Origin: Nemertoderma westbladi | Lineage: Eukaryota; Animalia; Xenacoelomorpha | Length of the DNA: 32,759 nucleotides | Reading direction: 5' to 3' | NCBI GenBank assembly: GCA_032718475.1 | Contig: JAUCBJ010001148.1 | Coordinates: 1-32,759 of the forward strand | In this document: positions 23,374-32,759 of the stretch, in pieces | Layout of the letters: each line of letters begins with the position of its first letter | Position numbering within the stretch: the first letter of the stretch is position 1 | Translations under genes and position numbers: made by a program | The notes under the pieces: model-generated | What the model was told of the DNA's origin: nothing | What the model saw: the letters and a program-made list of their open reading frames with translations, nothing else | The model's database searches: none

Positions 23374-24522
23374 CTGTTTAGAGTATTTTTATATTTTAGA
23401 AACTGTGATTTTTTATATTTTATAGAATTAAATCCCATTTTCTGGGAGCGGTGTAAAGGCTTTTGCGGATTTAGCTGGTTATTTTCCCCGCAAAGTACTC
23501 TGTAGGTGTTTTAGCGGACATAAAAAGCCGTTTCCTTACTGTACAGGTGTTTTAGTGGACATAAAAAGCCATTTCTTCTGTATGTGTACTTTAGCGGACA
23601 TAACTAGCAATTTTATGCCGCAATGCACCAAAATACTCTTAATACAGTGTAGTCCAGATGACGACATCTATCAGCTGAGATGTCGACATGTAGCTTTTGG
23701 CTTTCTTTGTTCGGCTCGACCAATCAGAGCAGTTTTCACTCTGTGTTGGACAGTGCATACAGAAACTCACGCAATTCAGTCAGTGTGTATTTTTCCTAAG
23801 CCTAGAACACCGGCTGTGGAATTATTCTGTGTTTCAGACTTTAGCCAAACATTAGAACGGCTTTGATCATAGAAACGTATAACTGTTATCGCACCTCATA
23901 TCACAAACCGAACTGGTCAGACTCAAATGCTATACATACCTTTCACCGCATTGTTTTACTGCTATTTACTGTCGGTTATTAATTGTATCAGTTGATGGAA
24001 TATTGTTAAATTTGGAGAATATCGATAAATAACCATAAAACCCCAATCTTCTTGATATACTGAAGGTTAGAGAGACCGGTTACATATAGCAATTGCGACT
24101 TACATTATAGTGGTTTTGGAGTGAATTGAATGCTATTTCATAGGCCCTACATGTGTCGGTTGCTGTTCTCCTTATATATGATTAAAATTAGTGAAGGTCG
24201 GCAGATCGGTGTGCAGCATTGTGCGGTAGTGTGCATGAGTGTGATAGATAACAATGCATCTCCTAAAGAATGCGCTTTATACGTGAATCATTAGCCATCC
24301 CGTTGTGTTTAGTGTAAGTCATAACTCTGTTTACATACTTAGAGCGCCACGTCCTAAAGGAACTGTTAATATTTCCCGAAAGTGAATAATATTTGTCAGA
24401 GATTATATATTAACGATCAGTCGAATAATACAGTAGGCCTACACCGCAATAAGGTCAGAGCATCCGAATCCAGTCTCCCTTAACCGTGGGTGAATGGTCG
24501 TGCATATGCTGGCTTCGGCTAA

Positions 24523-27197
24523 TGTGGGGCGAGCCACGAAGTGAGTGAGCCTTAGCGTAGTGGTACCATTAATCAACCTGTGGGGCGAGCCACAAAGTGA
24601 GTGAGCCTTAGCGTAGTGGTACCATTAATCAACCTGTCGTTCTGTCGTTCTGTCGTTCTGTCGCGTTCAATTTTAAACGTTAATAACTCGGCCAATCTTT
24701 GATGAAATCTATCCAAACTTGGTACACATGTTGTTTGGCAAAAGTTTAGAAATTTTCCAAGTAGAATTTCCGTGTGGCCTTCGAGAAGCTAAGATAATAG
24801 CAGTTAATTAGTTAATTAAGTTGATTACGGTAAAAACACCATTTTCAACCTGCCTTTTAAAGGAAATTAATTGTTTTACAGTATAAGATTTAAATAATTA
24901 TAATTAAAAATTATACAGATGTAATCCACATACGCCATTCTATTATAGTTTTTAATTAGTTCAAGTGATTTGCTTTAATAATTGTGTCTTTAATTGATCT
25001 AAAGTAATTAAAACGGCAAAAAAAATTGATTCTCATTAAATACTGATCATTTATTGGTTAACATCCAAGTTAGCTCGGTGCTGGTTTTGGTGTGTGTAGA
25101 ACAGCCAATGCTCTTCAATGGGAATGCGAATGTAAGAAACCACATGTGTACAGGCCGGTAGACAGATTGGCCATAGCTAGCTAACGAGATGGAAATCTGA
25201 ATTTCCTACTATTCAGTCTATTATTGTGTTATTGTGTGTTAGACAGATCTCATTTAATAAATGTCAGTCAATAACATTTTACCACTGCAGAAGGCTTATT
25301 TATATCCATACTTGTTTTTTCCTCATAAATATTGGGCTTATTATTTTATGATGGGATTTCTTTGTAGTTGAATTGTCTAAGTTTTTACACTGAGGCATTA
25401 ACAGAGGGTACTGGTATTAAATTAATTATTTGAATATCATTACTGCATCGACTGCATTTAGTACTGCGTTCTGCATTGATTATATTCCTATAAACCATTC
25501 CTGGTTTCGCATATTGCACGTATCCATAGTTATAAAGATTGCCAGTCTGCGTTTAGGAAATATATTTAAATACAAAACAGGACGAGCGCAACGACGCTTA
25601 TAATAATTAAGACGAGTACGGCGTTGATTATATTCCTATACACCACCTGGCTTTGCATATTGAACGTGCGATTGGAAATAAGTTCGTTCTACCCTTCCGT
25701 GGGTGGTAGATGTCGCGGTTATGTATTGGTGGTTGGGAAGGGTGGGGGGGGGGGGGGGGGATGGAGAGATTAAAAGGGGTGAACACGTACTGTCCCCCTT
25801 TCTTGGATTGATTGGTGGTGTGGGTAAATTTCTCAAAACCTGATTTTGTGATACAGTCGCTCAATTTTAATTTGATCTCATAACTGGGCCTCGTGCTGCG
25901 CGAAGGCCCCACGAACGTGTCGTTCTGTCGCGTTCAATTTTAAACGTTAATAACTCGGCCAATCTTTGATGAAATCTATCCAAACTTGGTACACATGTTG
26001 TTTGGCAAAAGTTTAGAAATTTTCCAAGTAGAATTTCCGTGTGGCCTTCGAGAAGCTAAGATAATAGCAGTTAATTAGTTAATTAAGTTGATTACGGTGA
26101 AAACACCATTTTCAACCTGCCTTTTAAAGGAAATTAATTGTTTTATAGTATAAGATTTAAATAATTATACTTAAAAATTATACAGATGTAATCCACATAC
26201 TCCATTCTATTATAGTTTTTAATTAGTTCAAGTGATTTGCTTTAATAAATGTTTCTTTAATTGATCTAAAGTAATTAAAACGGTATAAAAAATTGATTCT
26301 CATTAAATACTGCTCATTTATTGGTTAACATCCAAGTTGGCTCGGTGCTGGTACATAGGATGGCAAGGATGTTTGGTGTGTGTAGAACAGCCAGTTGCTC
26401 TTCAATGGGAATGCGAATGTAAGTAACCACATGTGTACAGGCCGGTAGAAAGATTGGCCATAGCTAGCTAACGAGATGGAAATCTGAATTCCCTACTATT
26501 CAGTCTATTATTGTGTTATTGCCGTAGACAGATCTCGTTTAATAAATGTCAGTCAATAACATTTTACCACTGCAGAAGACTTATTTATATCCATACTTGT
26601 TTTTTCCTCATAAATATTGGTCTTATTATTTTTTGATGGGATTTCTTTGTAGTTGAATTGTCTAAGTTTTTACACTGAGGCATTAACAGAGGGTACTGGT
26701 ATTAAATTAATTATTTGAATATCATTACTGCATCGACTGAATTTAGTACTGCGTTCTGCATTGATTATATTCCTATAAACCATACCTGGTTTCGCATATT
26801 GCACGTATCCATAGTTATAAAGATTGCCAGTCTGCGTTTAGGAAATATATTTAAATACAAAACAGGACGAGCGCAACGACGCTTATAATAATTAAGACGA
26901 GTACGGCGTTGATTATATTCCTATAAACCACCTGGCTTTGCATATTGAACGTGCGATTGGAAATAAGTTCGTTCTACCCTTCCGTGGGTGGTAGATGTCG
27001 CGGTTATGTATTGGTGGTTGGGATGGGTGGGGGGGGGTGGAGAGATTAAAAGGGGTGAACACGTACTGTCCCCCTTTCTTGGATTGATTGGTGGTGTGGG
27101 TAAATTTCTCAAAACCTGATTTTGTGATACAGTCGCTCAATTTTAATTTGTATCTCATAACTGGGCCTCGTGATGCGCGAAGGCCCCACGAACGTGT
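24523..27197 (+). mobile_element. Non-autonomous Helentron/HINE (DINE-1-like) element, outer copy A (~1333 bp excluding nested copy)
   Basis: Absent from the 5' LTR. Subterminal inverted repeat GTGGGGC/GCCCCAC, (CTGTCGTT)n microsatellite, aataactc..gatgaaat..aaacttggtacacatgtt core, 3' hairpin GGGCCT..AGGCCC. Confidence 0.75.
24579..25920 (+). mobile_element. Second full copy (B, ~1339 bp) of the same HINE-like element nested in copy A
   Basis: Head-head-body-body arrangement with TGT at both junctions (24579-24581, 25918-25920). Confidence 0.75.
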
Positions 27198-28298
27198 AGT
27201 TTATGTGTATCAAATACTTGTCATAGGCTAAAGTCGATTTATAACCTAGAAGACACCTAAATTTGGCAGGTTAAACTGCTAAAGGTCTAAAAGCGCGAAC
27301 AAGCCGTGATTGTCGTGACACCAGAAATGTCTGAAATGCAGGCCAGAAATTATTCATACTGCAAATGTTATTTTTTTTAAATAACCATCACCGACCAGCA
27401 CAGCCGTCCGGCCGGCCCCAGAGATAGAGGAGTTGACGAGTATATCGGAACTCGGGAAGTTGGTGAAGAAGTTAACAGCGATGAGCTCCCGTCGTTGCAG
27501 TCAATCCATAATGTCCAGGTGAATTCATCCTCATCAACATCTATATTTCTTGTGAAATTTCATTTTGACTTTATTATAATGAATCGCGGGGCTACAAGTC
27601 GGCGTCATAATAATAATGCAGTTACTACTGTATTCGTGAATATACAAACTAATGACACTGGAATAGAAAAAAAACTAAACTCTTAATAATAACTACGGCT
27701 TACAGTTGTTGTACTGCATGTAAACAGACATCATGGTCACATAGGCCTGATTGATATCATATGACAACAGCTAACTGAGTGTACAACACTGCAGTCTAGG
27801 TCTATTGCTTCTGTTCAAATTAAAGGGCCAGCCAGACCACATGTGAAGCAGGCAGACAGCTAAGCTGTATCTTTAAATTTAAAATTAGGTGATGAAAGTT
27901 ATGAATAATAATAATAATACATACTGGTTTTAATAAATTTAATTTTAAGAAAACAATGGAAATTGTCTTTTACAAAGAACATTAAAATTACAAATCGTAC
28001 AATTTGTACAATTTGTGTACAATTTGTGCAAATGTTTAATAATTACTAAATAGTTAATCATTAAATATTTTAATATATTTCGAGTGGTCATCCATAACTA
28101 AATAATTTAATATACTCATAGATAATATATTAACATTAAGATGAATATAAACATAAACGATACACAAATAATTATATATAAATAACACATAACATTATTA
28201 TACATTAAATAGCTCGTCGATGGGTTGGAATGGAAAAGGTTTGGGTAAAATAGCCCTCATGATAATGTAAGCATTCACAATGTGTGCAAATCAGTTTA

Positions 28299-28756
28299 CA
28301 TAACTTTTATTGGGTACAGCTTTGTAATGTCGGCAATGACGTCCAGGTGGGATCGAACTCGTGACCTCCGGGTTGGAAGTCTGACGCTCTAACCATTCAG
28401 CTAGCGGCTCAGGTAAAATATAGACCTGGAAATACTATCTGATACCTTGTATGTCCGTAATTTACGTCCTCATGGCTTAACATCTGTAAATACCATAATC
28501 TGCTACCACTGTGTTGAATCACACTGTCCGTCTTAACCCACTCGCTACATTGAAAGGGTAAATTACGGACACACAAGGTATCAGATAGTATTTCCAGGTC
28601 TAACTTTTACCTGAGCCGCTAGCTGAATGGTTAGAGCGTCAGACTTCCAACCCGGAGGTCGCCAGTTCGATCCCACCTCCAACCCGGATGTCACCAGTTC
28701 GATCCCACCTGGACGTCATTGCCGACTTTGCAAAGCTGTGCCCAATAAAAGATATA
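28299..28756. mobile_element. MITE/foldback element with long TIRs (~165-200 bp) that each contain a tRNA-like sequence; TA flanks
   Basis: 28299-28465 is the reverse complement of ~28558-28756. A box TAGCTGAATGG and B box GTTCGATCC in each arm; TA at 28297-28298 and 28757-28758. Confidence 0.8.
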
Positions 28757-29008
28757 TACAATAATATGATATAATATTAATAATATGATAATACAATAAT
28801 ATCACCTAAAACACCAATAATAAAATATAAAAATCAGTTTACAGTTATAGATAATGAACTCTTTACAATAACTAAACAATAACAAGTAATTATTGACATT
28901 CAATACTGTAACAGAATCGTAATCGACCAGAACATTCCGCAATCCTTCTAATGTGCAGTATTGCATTACTGCACAATAGATTCAATAATTCTTTAATACT
29001 AGGAGAAT

Positions 29009-29749
29009 AAAGTATAACTTTTTTTCACTATTCTCAAGGCATTTTAAAAAGGGTCGAGATAATATGTAAAAAAAATGTTCTACGTTTTTTTCCCATGTAA
29101 TACTTAATTTTATTCTTTTAAATTTTACTTTTTAACTCGAATATGCCCCAAAATCGGCAGAAAGGGAAGCACTGTTTTCCTCGGGATAAATGTTAACTAT
29201 ATATGTAAAATGAAATATTTTTTGTGGAATTTCATGTAAAAGAGCATCGACGTAGAAAAGGTTTGTAAGTAATTTGAGCAAAATCCATTCACTCAAAAGT
29301 TATTGCAACTTTAGTGTCTGTAAGGCAACTCCAAATTGGAACTCAATATCCAATATTGGTTTATGTAGTTAAGCGGCTCTCTAGTTACGTAATAAATATT
29401 CGAGAATACTAAATTATTTAACATTAATAATTGATTTAATAAATTTAGTAAGGCAGCATCGGGAGTTGATGAGTTCAGAAATTGGAATCGCAGTAACTAT
29501 GGAAGCAATATAGTTAAATACTACAGCTTAATTTATTTTGTAAGACTACTTACTATACTGTAGTATATCGCTATGTTTTATTAAAGAATAGAGCAACAAA
29601 AAAAGTCCCAAATTAAAAATAAAATTACATATAATATACATGGGAAAAAAGTAAATAATTTATTTTCAATATTCTCTCGACCCTTTATTAAACTCGCTGC
29701 CGCTCGGTAAATAAAATGCCTCGAGAATAGTGAAAAAAGTTGATACTTT
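29009..29749. mobile_element. Older MITE-like element with ~90-110 bp imperfect TIRs
   Basis: aaagtataac(t)7cactattctcaaggcatttta..gggtcgaga..tttttcccatgta is inverted at ~29638-29749. Confidence 0.65.
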
Positions 29750-30964
29750 TTGTGTGTGAATGGATTTTGTTCAAGTGACTTGCAAACCTTAATTCTTTAA
29801 TTTAATTAATTAAATTAAATTAATTTAATTAATTAATTTAATTAGTTATGTTCTTTCATCACATACGTAATAAAATTTCAGAAATTCCACCAAATAACTT
29901 AACAATCAATGCAATCCTATGGGTTACTTTTTTCCATAGGGAAAAAAAATACTCCTTTTTCTCCTCATTTCGGGGTATATTAGAGCGAAAAAGTAACAAT
30001 TTAAGAATAAAAGCATTGGGAAGTTTGTTAATCGTGAACGATTATAGATAATAAATATAAATAAACAGTTAACATAAAAAAATAGTTGTGACTTAAAAAT
30101 AATGGAACAGTAAAACGGGTACCTCCTAGCCCTAGTATCCAAAGGTTATGATAATTATTATGAAAACGTTTTGTCAGAAAAACGAAACGAAAAGAAGCAC
30201 AAAATTATTGCGTTTAAAGCCAAATAAACTTTGAATTTCATATATTACACCATGGCCCGTAATATATAGTGTCATTTTCTAATGATAATTTTCTACAAAT
30301 CGTTATTATATTACTAGAAATTTGAAACACAACCTTATTATAGTCAATTCAATCTAGCAAAAAACCCATAAGTATTTCGCAATCAATCCGAACCACACAT
30401 TTTGGATTCTATATTACCTCGTTAATGTCCCAAAAAAGTCTATAAAATTTTATTGTGCGGATCGTATGTTTATTAATGGAAATTCTGCGTAAATTTGCAT
30501 AAAACAAGCCTAACAAAATGAACAGTAGGGAAAAGTAAGTAGCAAATTGGTGATGTTCCAGAATAATTTAATTAATTTCACAATAAGCTGTGATTCAATG
30601 GGAAATTAGTAATATTTACACTGGCGTGTTACACATTAATTGCTATATCTCGGTAACTAGAAGTCACATCAAATTTTTAAATATATCAAAAAATAACCGA
30701 TATGTTAAGGTAATTAATTGATATAATAGGTATAATAGATAGATAATAATAGATATAATAGATAATAGATATAATATTATATAATTTCACTGCAGGGAAA
30801 TGTAATAATTTCCAATAATGTTAGCGAAGATTTTTCACATAATAAAATTAGGATTGCCATATTAAACAGTCTGACAGTAGTAATATAACATAAGTAAAGT
30901 AAGTAAGCTACAATAAGGTTGTTTTATACTTCGATATTAAAAGTGAGTAAATAAGACTAACTTA

Positions 30965-31744
30965 CTAACTGCATCCCGACATGGGGACTGGTTTCTGACT
31001 GCGGGGGCCCTTGGGTGAAGGGAGTAACCGAATATGGAAGGATAGTTTCAACCGATCACCATCTCTCCACCCCTCGATCTGATCAATAACATCCTCAATC
31101 GTGTAATACGGAGGCAGAATATTATCACCATGAAATAAATCTACAACGCAGTTAAACCCTACGTCGTATTTTCTCCCCAACAATTCGGCGAGTGGCCCTA
31201 TAAGGGTGTGCTTACCGCAAATAAACCGTCGGGGTTTAAACTGCTCGTAGGTTGAATGCGGCCGGACAACCGCAACTGCCGCCTTATTGCTGGAACTATC
31301 GGAAGAGGTTAAACTCAATTCTAGACGAGCTTGCTGCTCCAAATGGTAGGCTAAGTAATAGTCCACCTCGAGACCTACCTTCTCTCCTAATTGTTTCGCT
31401 TTACTTTTAAGAACATCGCGTTCGAAAGTCCGTCTTCTTTCCGACTCGTTAAGGTACAACTTGGGAACTAGTTTATAAACTAAATGGCTCAGAGTTTTAT
31501 CTTCTTTTAGGATGCGAAATGGCTCAGATTTGGGGATTTTTGTGTCGCACATCGGGCAGGATCTGTTGCTTTCGCTCGTCGCAATGTTTTTTATGTATTT
31601 TACGATGCAAGTTTTGCAGAAGCTGTGCAGACATTCCACGATGCAGGTAGCGTTAATTAGATATCCATTACACAGCGCGCAAATTATATGGGGGTTCAGT
31701 TTGGAAAGGGAAACTTGTTTCTCGCAAGTCAATCTAAACGACAT
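30965..31744 (-). CDS. PCGF: Polycomb group RING finger protein (BMI1/Psc-like PCGF), RING plus RAWUL-like domain in a single ORF
   Basis: LNPHIICALCNGYLINATCIVECLHSFCKTCIVKY..CPMCD..DKTL..LVYKLVP.L..E..RRR.F is the PCGF RING signature. C-terminal RFIC..LL..KYDV..VDLF..LPPYYTI.DV..WR..L.L.F is RAWUL-like. Paralog identity is uncertain. Confidence 0.9.
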   Translation of the reverse strand: MSFRLTCEKQVSLSKLNPHIICALCNGYLINATCIVECLHSFCKTCIVKYIKNIATSESNRSCPMCDTKIPKSEPFRILKEDKTLSHLVYKLVPKLYLNESERRRTFERDVLKSKAKQLGEKVGLEVDYYLAYHLEQQARLELSLTSSDSSSNKAAVAVVRPHSTYEQFKPRRFICGKHTLIGPLAELLGRKYDVGFNCVVDLFHGDNILPPYYTIEDVIDQIEGWRDGDRLKLSFHIRLLPSPKGPRSQKPVPMSGCS

Positions 31745-32440
31745 TGCAGTTGACGTGTGGTTTACAATTTATACTCCTGTACTCACTCAATACTACAGTA
31801 CTAATATGTTCACATACAGACATATGTGCACATAGGCGTACAACCGGTACCGGTTGCCGGTACTACTGCAGTACTGCAGACTACAATACTACAATACTGT
31901 GTACTGATAAGTGAGTTATTACTGTATTATGGTAGGCCTAGGCATACAAGAAAACACATCTACTGTATCTATCTAGCAGCACGATTACGGTTCTGAAATA
32001 ACATTTGAGGGACTCTGTATTATTAATTATAATAGCTACGTACTGTAATTGCTATTGGTTTAAACCAAGGACTACTATACTACAGGACTGGCATACTGTC
32101 CGACTTCGCTAGCGAAGTCCATTCATTTCATACTGCTGTAAGCTGTACTGCTATCGTCAGCTGACCTTAGAATGATTTACACCAGTATACTTAACCTACA
32201 GACAGACAGAGACAGTTTACTGGTTTAGTTATAGTCCTATACCGCTGGTATATCAGTATATGGGAATAGTACAGTTAGTATAATCAGATAGTACATGGGG
32301 CCACGTTGAGTCCGAGCCCGGAGAGTCTCTTATGTACAAGATCACTCAAACATATATATTAACTGATATCCCTATTTTCAGTCTTTACCCAATCAGGCCT
32401 AGCCAAGCTAGATACTGTAAAGTATAAACCCGAGTCTAAC

Positions 32441-32600
32441 AATAGTAACCTGAGATGCAAAAAATAACCATTACGTCATTTCGTACACTTTCTCCATTCC
32501 TCGCAGCAACACTTTCTCCCTGCCAACAACTTTGTAAACATAGTTCTTACTGTCTTAACCCAAAATATTAGGGTGTACTTCGAGTTTATGTCGGTGGTAT
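32441..32600. repeat. Dispersed repeat, inverted partner of 9734-9896
   Basis: Reverse-complement match seen directly. Confidence 0.9.
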
Positions 32601-32759
32601 CCCGGGTTGAAATTCTTAGTATATTTCCTAAGTTCTAAACAAGTCTGCTTAGAAAGACTTAGAACGCTTAGCAACGCTGGTGCCAAGGGTGAGTAAAGTA
32701 CTTAACAAATTTTCAAATTTCATAAAAAGGACATTGCAAGTTTATAATGTTTAGCAAGT

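Larger units (their letters stand above)
11934..27301 (+). mobile_element. BEL/Pao LTR retrotransposon, non-autonomous, with 5-bp TSD AGCCG
   Basis: TG...CA termini; AGCCG at 11929-11933 and 27302-27306; paired LTRs at constant offset 11518; BEL-type gag/protease motifs; purine-rich GGGAGCGG before the 3' LTR. Confidence 0.95.
23452..27301 (+). repeat. 3' LTR, split into 23452-24525 and 27195-27301 by an insertion
   Basis: Matches the 5' LTR up to ctaatgt and resumes at tgtagtttatgtg through to CA. Confidence 0.95.

Noticed and set aside
25628-27158. Minus-strand ORF pairs at 25628-25912 and 26913-27158
   Set aside because: Inside HINE copies; frames differ between copies and cross a poly-G tract.
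27390-27560. GC-richer patch with short open frames after the TSD
   Set aside because: Could be an exon fragment, but no recognisable protein or convincing splice pair.
28613-28720. Functional tRNA-Gly gene
   Set aside because: Acceptor and anticodon stems do not pair well, there is an internal duplication, and it is embedded in TIRs.

Overview
AT-rich eukaryotic (probably invertebrate) genomic DNA dominated by nested mobile elements. (1) 1-4383 is one end of a Polinton/Maverick endogenous virus. All its genes are on the minus strand: integrase, PM-like ORF, PW core-like protein, frameshifted packaging ATPase, a RING protein and an unknown ORF, followed by an AGTAGTAG terminus. (2) A minus-strand host gene has a large exon with ~38 acidic 12-aa repeats plus a TM helix, spliced to a calcium-binding EGF exon the ORF track missed; a 16-bp minisatellite and the Polinton appear to lie in its next intron. 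(3) A decayed Ty3/Gypsy remnant lies at ~8.1-11 kb. (4) A BEL/Pao LTR retrotransposon spans 11934-27301 with an AGCCG TSD and ~99% identical 1178-bp LTRs. It has a very long Gag and a protease, has lost the RT/RNase H and integrase cores by two in-frame deletions, and carries a decayed accessory ORF. (5) Its 3' LTR holds a ~1.33-kb Helentron/HINE-like element, which contains a second copy of itself; both inserted at TGT. (6) MITE-like foldbacks follow, one with tRNA-like arms. (7) An apparently intronless PCGF/BMI1-like gene lies at 30965-31744. All calls come from manual reading and motif recognition; no database searches were run.
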